A DNA stretch of 64,000 nt from positions 153,420-217,419 of the forward strand of contig JAXLZM010000001.1 in NCBI GenBank assembly GCA_046350855.1, in the 5' to 3' direction. Source of the stretch: Candidatus Anderseniibacteriota bacterium. GTDB lineage: Bacteria; Patescibacteriota; JAUYIX01. The notes below the pieces were generated by a model. That model did no database searches. It worked only from the letters and a program-made list of their open reading frames with translations, and was not told where the DNA came from. Positions 38,866 to 48,228 of the stretch are shown here, one piece after another; positions within the stretch are counted from its first letter, which is position 1; each line of letters opens with the position of its first letter. The position numbers and the translations under genes are program-made.

Positions 38866-41800
38866 TTAAGCGCGTTTGATACTGATCTCGGCTTTGTGAG
38901 ATTCAAATTCAAACTGCATGACGCGGCCCGATTCAGCCTTGCTTGTGACAACTTTTGTCGCGAGAGTCTCGGCTGCGAGCATGTTGCCAAAACGCTTGAG
39001 TCCCGTAGTCATTAGTTCGTCCGAACTCACAACGCCAAGCGTGATCCGATCACTAATATCGTAGCCGGCTTCCTTGCGTAGATCCTGCACGGCGCGAATG
39101 AGTTCACGGACCAAGCCTTCTTGCTCGAGCTCGGGCGTTAACTTTGTGTCGAGACCTACCAGGACATCTCGCTCGCCCGCAATAGCCAAACCTTTTTTGC
39201 CTTGGTAGGTAATCAGCACCTCATCCGATGAGAGCTTAGTCTCGCCCACCAGAACACCACTCGTGCTCGTCTTAAATGCGCCGCTCGCAAGATGCTTTGC
39301 GAGCTCTTTTACTTTTGCGCCATACTTTTTGCCGGCCACGGCAAAGTTGAGTTTGACCTGCGCCGTCCCAAGCTCCGTGGGATCTTTGACATACTCCAAC
39401 GCCTTGACGTTGATTTCGTCTTTGACCAATTCCTCACTGGTTGAACTGAGCGTTACTTTACCCGGCAGCGCAACCACAAGCCGTGCGAGCGGTTGGCGCA
39501 CACGGACCTTGGCATCCTGCCGCGCGGCGCGCGCGAGCGAGGCAAGTTGCTGTGCCAAACGCATCTCTGTGAGCAATTTTTTATCCGCTGCGTTTATTTT
39601 GCCGGCTTTTGGCCATTCCGCCAGATGAACCGACTCGGCTCCGGTCAGGTTGCGGTAGAGTTCCTCAGCCACAAATGGCGTGAGCGGCGCAAGCAACTGC
39701 GAGAGTCGGACCAACACATAATAGAGCGTTGCCTCTGCGGCTTTTTTGTCGTCGTCGTTCTCGGACTTCCAATAGCGACGACGGCCGCGGCGCACGTACC
39801 AGTTTGAGAGACCTTCGACAAACTGTTCGACGCGGGCAACCGCTGGCGTGACATCAAAGTCCTCCAGCCGATCCTTCACGACGGCGAGGGTGTCGTTGAG
39901 TTCTGCCAAGATCCAGCGATCAAGAACATGTTTTGATTTAGGTGCGATCAATTTGCCGGCCTTAGCCAAACCCGGTTCAAACTTGTCGATATTGGCGTAC
40001 GTCACAAAAAAGCTATAGGTATTCCAGAGCGGGCGGAGTAAGGCCCCCGTCGCATCGGTCACGACCGACTCTCCAAAACGCTTGGGCAACCACGGATCGG
40101 TCCGGAACATGCTCCAACGCACCGCATCCGCGCCAAATTTTTCAAATAGCGGCAGCGGCTCGATGACATTGCCCTCGGACTTGCTCATTTTGCGACCATG
40201 TTCATCCAAAATATGGTTGGTGCAGATCACATTTTTAAAGCTGCTCTTGCCGGTCACCATCACCGACGTTGCCAGCAGCACATAAAACCAGCCGCGGGTC
40301 TGGTCGATCGCCTCACAAATAAAATCAGCTGGGTACTGCGACTTATAGATCGCGCGCGACTCGGGCTTGTGCGGATAGCCCCACTGGCCCCAGGGCATAT
40401 TGCCGGCATTAAACCAGCAGTCCAACACGTCCGGCTCGCGCACCGCCTCGTCGTCACACTCGGCGCACTTAAGCTTAACCGTATCGATAAAGGGTTTGTG
40501 CAAATCGATTTTGTCGTCCGGCGGCAGCTCGGTCGTGGTGAGTCGGCGCAGCTCCTCAAGATTTTCGACCACGGTCAGGTGTTCTTTTTTGCAAATCCAA
40601 ACCGGCAAGGGCGAACCCCAATAGCGCGCCCGCGAGACGGCCCAATCCACGTTGTCCTCGAGCCACTTTCCAAAGCGCCCGTCCTTAATGTGTTCCGGCT
40701 GCCAATTAATTTTTTGGTTAGCCTTGATCATCTTGTCTTTAAAGGCCGTCGTCCGGATGAACCAACTCGACTGCGCGTTGTAAATTAGGGGTGTCTTACA
40801 GCGCCAACAAAATGGATAGCTGTGGGTGTACGGCAACGCTTTGAACAACGTCCCCTGCTCCTTGAGGTCACGCACGACTTCTTTGTCGACTTCTTTAAAG
40901 TTTTTGCCCGACCACTTGGTCACCTCTTTTTTGAGTGAACCATCCCAGTCGACATGCTGGATCAAGGGCAATTTGTATTTTTTGATCACTTTGTAGTCGT
41001 CTTCGCCGTAGGCGGCCATATGGACCAAGCCCGAACCGTCTTCCGTCGTGACAAACTCTTCCGCAACTACGTAAAAGGCTTTTTCTTTGGGCTTAAAAAA
41101 GTTGTAGGGCGGCTCGTAGGACTTGCCCTCGAGCGCGTGTCCATCAAACTCATCTTCGATCTCATAGGTCCCTTCACCTAACACTTTGTCGGCCAGCGCC
41201 TTAGCCACGATTAAGCGCTCATCGACTCCCGGACGAGCATTCTTCTTTGGTCGCACGCGCACGTACTTAATCTCCGGCCCAACCGCGACCGCCACGTTGG
41301 CGATCAAGGTCCACGGCGTGGTGGTCCAGATGACCAAAGACGTATTGGCTTCATCCTGCAAAGCAAATTTTACAAAGACGGACGTATCGGTGACCTCTTG
41401 ATAGCCTTGCGCCACCTCGTGACTCGAGAGACCCGTCCCGCAACGCGAACAATACGGCAGGACCTTAAAATCCTTATAGAGCAACCCCTTGGCGTGCGCC
41501 TGCTTGATCACCCACCAGTCGGTCTGAATGTAGTCGTTGGTCAAGGTCGCATACGCATCGCTCGTATCCAAAAAACGGCCGATGCGCTTGATCGATTTTT
41601 CCCACTCGCGCACGTAGCGAAAAACCGTATCGCGGCAGTACATGATGTACTTAGCCATGCCGTAGTTATGAATGTCACGTTTGCCGTCGAGACCGAGCTC
41701 TTTCTCGGCCTGCAACTCAACGGGCAATCCATGGGTGTCCCACCCGGCCTTACGCAACACCCGGTAGCCCTGCATGGTCTTAAAGCGCGGCCACACATCT

Positions 41801-42006
41801 TTGAGCGCGGACTGCAGCATATGCCCGATGTGCGGTTTACCATTGGTCCCGGGCGGACCGTCGTAGGCTACCCAGGTACCCTTGGGTCGCGCACCCGCTG
41901 GCCGCTCGAGGGATTTTTCAAAAATCTGCTCGCGCTGCCAAAAATCGAGCACCGCGTGCTCAAGTTTTGCAAAGTTTTGCTTAGGTTCAACCGGCTTAAA
42001 AGGCAT
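38866..42006 (-). CDS. ileS: Isoleucine--tRNA ligase (type 2, long C-terminus)
   Basis: DGPP..NG.PHIGH, GWDTHGLPVE, WTTTPWT, DQTRGWF, KMSKS. Confidence 0.97.
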   Translation of the reverse strand: MPFKPVEPKQNFAKLEHAVLDFWQREQIFEKSLERPAGARPKGTWVAYDGPPGTNGKPHIGHMLQSALKDVWPRFKTMQGYRVLRKAGWDTHGLPVELQAEKELGLDGKRDIHNYGMAKYIMYCRDTVFRYVREWEKSIKRIGRFLDTSDAYATLTNDYIQTDWWVIKQAHAKGLLYKDFKVLPYCSRCGTGLSSHEVAQGYQEVTDTSVFVKFALQDEANTSLVIWTTTPWTLIANVAVAVGPEIKYVRVRPKKNARPGVDERLIVAKALADKVLGEGTYEIEDEFDGHALEGKSYEPPYNFFKPKEKAFYVVAEEFVTTEDGSGLVHMAAYGEDDYKVIKKYKLPLIQHVDWDGSLKKEVTKWSGKNFKEVDKEVVRDLKEQGTLFKALPYTHSYPFCWRCKTPLIYNAQSSWFIRTTAFKDKMIKANQKINWQPEHIKDGRFGKWLEDNVDWAVSRARYWGSPLPVWICKKEHLTVVENLEELRRLTTTELPPDDKIDLHKPFIDTVKLKCAECDDEAVREPDVLDCWFNAGNMPWGQWGYPHKPESRAIYKSQYPADFICEAIDQTRGWFYVLLATSVMVTGKSSFKNVICTNHILDEHGRKMSKSEGNVIEPLPLFEKFGADAVRWSMFRTDPWLPKRFGESVVTDATGALLRPLWNTYSFFVTYANIDKFEPGLAKAGKLIAPKSKHVLDRWILAELNDTLAVVKDRLEDFDVTPAVARVEQFVEGLSNWYVRRGRRRYWKSENDDDKKAAEATLYYVLVRLSQLLAPLTPFVAEELYRNLTGAESVHLAEWPKAGKINAADKKLLTEMRLAQQLASLARAARQDAKVRVRQPLARLVVALPGKVTLSSTSEELVKDEINVKALEYVKDPTELGTAQVKLNFAVAGKKYGAKVKELAKHLASGAFKTSTSGVLVGETKLSSDEVLITYQGKKGLAIAGERDVLVGLDTKLTPELEQEGLVRELIRAVQDLRKEAGYDISDRITLGVVSSDELMTTGLKRFGNMLAAETLATKVVTSKAESGRVMQFEFESHKAEISIKRA

Positions 42007-42217
42007 CGATGGGCGTGTTTTACGTACCTGGCGATAGTAGCAAGCGCTCTAGCACGGCACAATTCATCCCCACGGCGCTTTGCCCGGATGAACCACTATA
42101 CCGCCTGAACACCCCGCCGCGTGGTCCGCTGGTGACTTTTTTGTGCAGACTGGTAGCGGCAGTGCAAGTGACGCAGGCTAAAATTACCGTAGGTTAATTT
42201 GTTAAGCACACATCCCC

Positions 42218-42256
42218 ATGGGTGGTACCGGCAAACCAGCACCAAAACCTTGGTAA
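42218..42256 (+). CDS. Candidate 12-aa micropeptide MGGTGKPAPKPW
   Basis: Short ORF between a TAAAAT -10 box (42179) and a strong terminator. Confidence 0.35.
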   Translation: MGGTGKPAPKPW

Positions 42257-42262
42257 CACAAC

Positions 42263-42294
42263 CGGCCCCGGCCATACTGGCCGGGGCCGTTTTT
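42263..42294 (+). terminator. Intrinsic terminator
   Basis: CGGCCCCGGCCA-TAC-TGGCCGGGGCCG followed by TTTTT. Confidence 0.85.
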
Positions 42295-42373
42295 GTTCGT
42301 CCACAGCCCTAAAGATGCAAAATCTGTGAAAAATCCCTATACTCACTCTATTAACCCTTAAGTACTTCCCCAA

Positions 42374-42700
42374 ATGGCACAAAACAGCGTCAAAAAAACC
42401 GGCATGAATGGCATGGCCATCGCGTCGTTTATCCTGAGCCTCGTCGGCTTGGGCGTGATCGGTATCATCCTGGGCTTTGTCGCCCTCAATCAAATTAAAA
42501 AAGAGGGTGGTGAGGGTCGCGGCTTTGCGATCGCCGGTATCATCATCGGCTTTATCGGTGTGGCGCTGATCATCATCTGGTTGATCTTCTTCTTTTGGGT
42601 CTTTAATACCGCCACCAACATCATTCAATCCCCGCTTTACAACGGCGAGGTACAAAACGCTTTGGACAGTCTGAACAACGTTCAGTTCAACTTCCAGTAA
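42374..42700 (+). CDS. DUF4190-family membrane protein
   Basis: NGMAIASFILS...GIILGFVALNQIKK..GEGRGFAIAGIIIG. Confidence 0.85.
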   Translation: MAQNSVKKTGMNGMAIASFILSLVGLGVIGIILGFVALNQIKKEGGEGRGFAIAGIIIGFIGVALIIIWLIFFFWVFNTATNIIQSPLYNGEVQNALDSLNNVQFNFQ

Positions 42701-42738
42701 GCAGGTCGCGCTGGGTATCCCAGCCGAACTCTAACGCA

Positions 42739-42775
42739 TAAAGAAAGCGGCCCGTTCCAGTTGGAACGGGCCGTT
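42739..42775 (-). terminator. Intrinsic terminator between convergent genes
   Basis: CGGCCCGTTCCA-GT-TGGAACGGGCCG hairpin with A-rich flank. Confidence 0.8.
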
Positions 42776-42778
42776 GCG

Positions 42779-43291
42779 TTAGCCGCTGGCCGGAGTGGCA
42801 TCCAGGAGCTGGATCGGCACTGCCTCTTCGATCTTTTTCTTGGCCTCGAGTACGGCATGCTTTGCTAAGACAGCGAGCTCCTCGTCACAAAGACGCGGGA
42901 TCAGGTTCCACAGGGTGGCGTGCCCGTCCTTAAAGGCTTCCACACGCTCGACGATGAGCGCATGTGTGTGATGCCGGGCGATGACGGTCTCGGGATCGAA
43001 CGCGGTCAAGAGCAGTACGGGGTGGTAGCGATTGAAATCGAGTGCCTCTTGGACGCCGCGCTCGGTGTAGCAGACCGCCAGGGCGTGTTCGTTGCGGAAA
43101 AAACAGATCGAGAGCAAGCGCGATCGAAAGTACACGATCTGCTTGTGCGCCTTGATGTGGCGGCTGGCGGTAAACTCCAGAAACTTGGAAAAGAACAGAG
43201 CAAGGTCCTTGTCAAACTCACCTTGCGCGGGCTGGTCCGTGACAAAGACAAAGCTTGGTAGAACGGGGTTGGTGTTGGGGTTTGCTTCCAA
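42779..43291 (-). CDS. Hypothetical protein
   Basis: GGAGG SD before TTG; promoter TTGACA-17-CATTCT at 43357-43329. Confidence 0.7.
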   Translation of the reverse strand: MEANPNTNPVLPSFVFVTDQPAQGEFDKDLALFFSKFLEFTASRHIKAHKQIVYFRSRLLSICFFRNEHALAVCYTERGVQEALDFNRYHPVLLLTAFDPETVIARHHTHALIVERVEAFKDGHATLWNLIPRLCDEELAVLAKHAVLEAKKKIEEAVPIQLLDATPASG

Positions 43292-43359
43292 CGATAATTC
43301 CTCCCTCGGAGTAATAGGGACCGCGGGTAGAATGCCTTTTTTTAGCTACTCTGTCAACC

Positions 43360-45162
43360 CTACATCTCGTGGGGCGCGTGGATCCCAAGCAAGGCCAAGC
43401 CGTTTTGGAGGACTTGGGCGGTGGCCTGACAGAGTGCTAGACGGGCTGTGCGCTGCTCCTCGGTCGCTTTAAGCACTGGCACCTTTTGATAAAACAGGTT
43501 GAACCGGCTGGCTAGTTCAAATAGTTCTGTGGCGAGCAAATGCGGCATACGACGCTGGGCCGCCTCGGCCACGACCTCGGGGTAGCGCACTAAGCGACGA
43601 GCGAGCAGTTGTTCGACAGGGTCATTGGTAACGGCGTCCTTTGCGGTAGCTGGGCCGGGCGGTTGGGCTGACTGCGCCTTACGCACAATACTCTTAATCC
43701 GGGCGTGGGTGTACTGGAGGTAGGGCGCAGAGTTACCCTCGAGCGAGAGCATCCGATCAAAATCAAAGTCGATGGTGTGCAAACGGTTCTGCGAGAGATC
43801 GTTATACTTAACCGCACCGATACCAACTTGGCGCGCGATTACGTCTTTGTTTTTGAGGGCAGGGTTTTTGCTGGCAATGACTTTTTGAGCGCGCTCGATT
43901 GCCTCTTCTAAAATTTCTAACATGTCTGCCACGCGGCCCGCGCGCGTGCTCATTTTTTTGCCCTGCATGCGATAGAGCCCATGACCAATGTGCTCAAGGC
44001 TGTTGGCCCACGTAAATCCGAGCAAATGCAACACCGTAAAGACTTGCCTAAAGTGGAGCTCTTGCTCTAGTCCAACCTCATAGAGCATGGCGCTAAACTG
44101 GTATTTTTTTTGACGAGCAATCGCGGCCGCTAACTCACGCGTGGCATAGAGACTGGCCTCGTCGGTTTTTTGTACAAGGAGTGGCGGTAATTTTTGTGAC
44201 TCAAGGTCAACGATCGTCGCACCTTGGCTCTTTTTGAGCAGACCTTTTTTAGCAAGTAGCTCCATAACCGTCTTGAGATCGCCACGGTACTGGGCTTCGC
44301 CCTCGTCGATACGATCAAAGGGCGTCTCGAGTAAAGCGTAGATTTTTTTGGCGTGCGCCAGCGAGACGTCTACAAAACGTTGCCACAAGCCCAGCGCTTC
44401 TCTGTCACCTTGTTCTAGTTTACGGAACCAAGCACGCGCTTCTTGGGCCAGGGAATCGTCTTTGGCGAGTTCATCATGAAATCTAACATAGACACGCATG
44501 AGTTCTGTAATAGGGCTCTTCTTGAGCGCTGTCTCGTCCCCCCACTTTTTAAATCCCGCGATCAATTTGCCAAACTGGGTGCCCCAGTCACCCAAATAAT
44601 TGAGGCGGACCGTTGTGTACCCGACCGCTTCAAGCAAGCTCGCGATGGCCGCACCGTTAACGGTCGAACGTAGATGCCCAATGCTAAAGGGCTTGCCAAT
44701 GTTGACGCCCGAGTACTCGACCACGATCGTTTGGTTTTTTGCCTTGCCTGTGGCATCGGTCAAAGGTCGTGTACCAAACTTGTCGCCGCGTTGGTTAATA
44801 TGGGCGACCAGATGAGTCAAAAAAGGTTGAGAGAGCGAGAAGTTAATAAACGGACCCGTAGCTTCGATCTTCTCAAAGAGCGCGACGGCTGTACCTTTGT
44901 AGCCGCAGGCATCGACCGACATCTTTTTTACGACAGCACGGATGACCGGGACTAGTTCTGCCGCAATGTCAGCGGGCTTTTTTTTGAGCTGCTTAGCCAA
45001 CATAAAGGCAACGGGACTGGCGTAATCAGCGTGGGCTTCGAGGGGGTGTTCAACCGGAATGGCCACAGGAGCAGGGCCCTCGCTCGCAAGCGGCGCTTTG
45101 TACTGCTTGAGCGCCTCATCGAGGATTTGGGCAATGGCTTGTTTGAGATCGATTTGTGCCAT
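43360..45162 (-). CDS. argS: Arginine--tRNA ligase
   Basis: VEYSGVN..KPFSIGHLRST, NYLGDWGTQFG, KMSTRAG, PYLQYTHAR, DALR-type C-terminus. Confidence 0.97.
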   Translation of the reverse strand: MAQIDLKQAIAQILDEALKQYKAPLASEGPAPVAIPVEHPLEAHADYASPVAFMLAKQLKKKPADIAAELVPVIRAVVKKMSVDACGYKGTAVALFEKIEATGPFINFSLSQPFLTHLVAHINQRGDKFGTRPLTDATGKAKNQTIVVEYSGVNIGKPFSIGHLRSTVNGAAIASLLEAVGYTTVRLNYLGDWGTQFGKLIAGFKKWGDETALKKSPITELMRVYVRFHDELAKDDSLAQEARAWFRKLEQGDREALGLWQRFVDVSLAHAKKIYALLETPFDRIDEGEAQYRGDLKTVMELLAKKGLLKKSQGATIVDLESQKLPPLLVQKTDEASLYATRELAAAIARQKKYQFSAMLYEVGLEQELHFRQVFTVLHLLGFTWANSLEHIGHGLYRMQGKKMSTRAGRVADMLEILEEAIERAQKVIASKNPALKNKDVIARQVGIGAVKYNDLSQNRLHTIDFDFDRMLSLEGNSAPYLQYTHARIKSIVRKAQSAQPPGPATAKDAVTNDPVEQLLARRLVRYPEVVAEAAQRRMPHLLATELFELASRFNLFYQKVPVLKATEEQRTARLALCQATAQVLQNGLALLGIHAPHEM

Positions 45163-45197
45163 ATACGGTACGTCCTATACTAGCCGACGGAACCCAA

Positions 45198-45647
45198 ATG
45201 TCGATATACGCCACCAACAAACGCGCACGAGCGGACTATCAGCTGCACGATACCTTTGTAGCGGGCATTAAGTTGAGCGGAGCCGAGGTTAAGTCCGTCA
45301 AAAAAGGCGGCATGCGACTCCTGGGCGCCTACGTCACGCTCCACAACGGACAGGCCAGTTTGGTCAACGCGCACATCGCCGCCTACAAGCCCGCGGGTCC
45401 GCAACCTGACTATGACCCGACTCGCAGCCGTCCCCTCCTGCTCAAACGCTCGGAGCTGCGCACTATCGTCGGCCAGCTGAACCAAAAAGGATTGACCCTA
45501 GTGCCCTTGCGTGCTATAGGTGTGCGGAACTTGATCAAGATTGAGTTCGCGGTTGGGCGCGGCAAGCGTCAGTACGAAAAACGCGACGTCCTGCGTAAGC
45601 GCGAAGCGGATCGCACCATTAATCGGGCCCTACGACGACGCCGCTAA
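45198..45647 (+). CDS. smpB: SsrA-binding protein
   Basis: NKRARADY, AGIKLSGAEVKS, LTLVPL, RGKRQYEKR. Confidence 0.97.
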   Translation: MSIYATNKRARADYQLHDTFVAGIKLSGAEVKSVKKGGMRLLGAYVTLHNGQASLVNAHIAAYKPAGPQPDYDPTRSRPLLLKRSELRTIVGQLNQKGLTLVPLRAIGVRNLIKIEFAVGRGKRQYEKRDVLRKREADRTINRALRRRR

Positions 45648-45780
45648 GGCCATGTGGATTAGTCTCTTTGACAACTAAACCCTCAGCACGCTATCTAATT
45701 GAACTGCAAAAGTTCAGCCTTGGTCTGGTATCCCCAAGGGAGGAGCGAAGTCGCCTTACGCGTCTTTTCGCACCTCCCTT

Positions 45781-46175
45781 GGGGATGATCGGCTTCGAGA
45801 GCGATCGTGTGTTGTTCGGGCGTGTACGAGTGGGATGTGCCACTCGCAAATCAATCGCATCACTCAACAAATGCTAAGTCATTTGTAAGCAAAGCGAGCG
45901 ACTACGTTCGTAGCCTCTCCGCTCTGCCAGCCGTTGCCTAACTGTAGGTAACAGCCATCTCCCGTAGGCTCCCCCGTGGTTTACGATCAGAGGTGTTATC
46001 TTTGCGGGGTTGGTGTACAGCAGGTTTCTGGCTGAACATCGAGACTTTGTGAAACTCGCGTCGCCATTTTTTGCCGCACTTTGAGCGGTGACGTCAGATA
46101 CCAAGCGCGGAGAGTACACGTGGACGACCAACATGCTGTTAGCTCCACGCGGGTTCGATTCCCGCCATCTCCACC
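45781..46175 (+). ncRNA. ssrA: tmRNA; tag reading frame 45873-45941 (AKSFVSKASDYVRSLSALPAVA*)
   Basis: 5' GGGGATG pairs with 3' CATCTCC(A), G3-U pair, T-arm GCGGGTTCGATTCCCGC, adjacent to smpB, Ala-ending tag. Confidence 0.93.
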
Positions 46176-46217
46176 CCAATCTGACTTTTCCGACTATCCG
46201 ATAAGTTTTCTCGTACT

Positions 46218-46417
46218 CCGTTGGCGGCCCGCAGGGCCGCCAACGGTTTACGTTTGGGCGGAAAAATATCGGAACGTCGTATCCTGGTGCATCTCTACCG
46301 TACCGCTCGAACGTATTTTCTCAAAATCGTTTGAGGCCGGTGATAGCGAGAACGTAGTCAGATCCGCGGCGCGGCAGGACTGGGGGTCAAGGGGGAAGGA
46401 CTGCCGCGCCGCGGATC
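46218..46417. repeat. Two perfect inverted repeats (13 bp at 46218-46246, 17 bp at 46361-46417)
   Basis: CCGTTGGCGGCCC-GCA-GGGCCGCCAACGG; GATCCGCGGCGCGGCAG...CTGCCGCGCCGCGGATC. Confidence 0.85.
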
Positions 46418-46503
46418 GGTTGCAATTTAGGTACTTTTCATAAAGTATGTTCGAGCAGCGCAGTAAATGCGCACCAAGTTTAATCGCTTACAACAACAAG
46501 ATA

Positions 46504-46842
46504 ATGTTGCACCAAATGAAGTTGCGTCCTGGCCCGTTCAAAAAAATTGTCGGAGGTCAGAAAATTATAGAGTCAAGGTTATTCGATGAAAAACGTCAAA
46601 AAATCAGGGTTGGTGATAAAATTGAATTTACATCCAATGATAACTCGGATAAAAAAGTTACTACAAAAGTAGTCGCGCTCTTTTTGTTCAAGTCTTTTGA
46701 TGATCTTTTTTCTGAATTAGATCCTCAACTGTTCGGAGGTTCATCAAAAGATGCATTACTCAATGAAATAGAACAATTCTATTCTCCGGCTGAACAAGAA
46801 AAATACGGCGTTGTTGGTATAAAAATACAAGTTGATAAATAG
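46504..46842 (+). CDS. ASCH domain protein
   Basis: MKL..PF..I..GQKIIESR..DEKRQKIRVGDKIEF...Y...E.KYGVVGI; AT-rich. Confidence 0.9.
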   Translation: MLHQMKLRPGPFKKIVGGQKIIESRLFDEKRQKIRVGDKIEFTSNDNSDKKVTTKVVALFLFKSFDDLFSELDPQLFGGSSKDALLNEIEQFYSPAEQEKYGVVGIKIQVDK

Positions 46843-46873
46843 AAAAAGCCCAACCGGATTACCAGCTGGGCTT
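46843..46873. terminator. Terminator between the convergent ASCH genes
   Basis: AAAAAGCCCA...TGGGCTT hairpin. Confidence 0.65.
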
Positions 46874-46878
46874 GAAGA

Positions 46879-48228
46879 CTATTGGCTAAGGCCAAATTCG
46901 AGCACAACAACCCCGAGCTTCTCCTTTGTTTGGGGATAAATCTGTTTGAGCAGAGAAAGAACATCCTGTTGAGAACGTGCGTCTGGCACAATACGCTCCC
47001 AGGGCTCTACGATGAGCATCTCTTCGAAAGTTGGGTAACGTCGAATATCAGTGACCTTCACAAAAAAGTTACTCGTGTGGGTCACAAGTTGAATACGTTC
47101 TCCAACCTGAATTCGGTTGATCGTATCGTAACCAACTCGGACCTCAAGGTTCTTCTTACCTGAACGAATCAAATTAAAGAACCTTTCCTTAACTCGCATG
47201 TTTCTCATGGTGGTTTCTCCAATATCCATGCTCCACTGTTGGGTAATGACCTGCGGATGATAGGCTGCGGGCATTGCCGCATCCAACCTCCAGCCCAGAC
47301 GTTGCAATGAAGCCACTTCTTCAACAGTAGGGTTAATGTGAATGTACAACTTGTGACCGTAGGGCACCAGCTGATGGGGTACGTCGATGAGCAAGGCCTC
47401 GAACACCATGATGTTGGTAGCAATAAAAGGCATAACTTTGATAGGACTGCCCTTCTTTGGAGTAGCACCGGCAACACCAGTCACGTTTCCGTCACTGTCG
47501 CTAGCAACAAATATGAGCTTGTACTTGGTGTTGATGTCGAAGCTCTCGCGCCGACTATAGCCGTCGAACAGGGCTTGAACCCACTCGGTCGTGATGCCTT
47601 CGAATGAGCCCTGCAGCTTTTGAAGCAGTAGTTTACTAACCTGTCCCTTCACTAACTCGTTCGTTTCGTCTAGTGCCAAGACGGAGACATGAGGGCGGTC
47701 CAAGGACAGTAGCTCGTTGAGTCCATAGAGCGGCTTGTAAAGCATTGTCTCCGTAATACCGCTCTTGTAATGACTTTCGGATCTTCCTGCCCGAATAAAG
47801 GCCTTGCGAAGGAAAAACTGCAGAGCTGCAACATTCTGTTCCGCGACAGTGCAGTAAAGCTGTCGGGCTTCATGCTGCCTTGCATATTCTTCCGCATGCT
47901 CCAGCAATCTGCTACCGACACCGAGCTTACCCTGAAATTCTTGTGCAACAATTAGGGGACTGATCTTATACGTAGACTGCCTCTTCCCTACAACATGGAT
48001 CATGCCCGCAGCTTTTTCTCCAACCTCCGCAATGAACATTCTCTGTTCAAAAGAAAAAAAGCCAAGATGGTCCGTGCCACCTGTTATATGGGCCTGAAAG
48101 ATGCGTTTTGCATGAGCTCTATGGTCACCTCCATAATATGGTTCGAGTGCGTTTTGCATCAATTTTTCAACCCACTCAAAATCTCCAGTACGTGCTTCCC
48201 GAATTATGATGCCTTCGTTGCCAGCCAT
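46879..48228 (-). CDS. GNAT acetyltransferase - second GNAT-like domain - ASCH fusion
   Basis: IREARTGDF, LIVAQEFQGKLGVGSRLL (acetyl-CoA motif A), NVAALQFF; C-terminal GKKNLEVR ASCH; AAGGAG SD; promoter TTGACG-17-TATAGA at 48372-48344. Confidence 0.85.
   Translation of the reverse strand: MAGNEGIIIREARTGDFEWVEKLMQNALEPYYGGDHRAHAKRIFQAHITGGTDHLGFFSFEQRMFIAEVGEKAAGMIHVVGKRQSTYKISPLIVAQEFQGKLGVGSRLLEHAEEYARQHEARQLYCTVAEQNVAALQFFLRKAFIRAGRSESHYKSGITETMLYKPLYGLNELLSLDRPHVSVLALDETNELVKGQVSKLLLQKLQGSFEGITTEWVQALFDGYSRRESFDINTKYKLIFVASDSDGNVTGVAGATPKKGSPIKVMPFIATNIMVFEALLIDVPHQLVPYGHKLYIHINPTVEEVASLQRLGWRLDAAMPAAYHPQVITQQWSMDIGETTMRNMRVKERFFNLIRSGKKNLEVRVGYDTINRIQVGERIQLVTHTSNFFVKVTDIRRYPTFEEMLIVEPWERIVPDARSQQDVLSLLKQIYPQTKEKLGVVVLEFGLSQ

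Noticed and set aside
42007-42300. T-box riboswitch regulating ileS
   Set aside because: The GGGTGGTACCG motif is on the opposite strand from ileS and no specifier stem was found.
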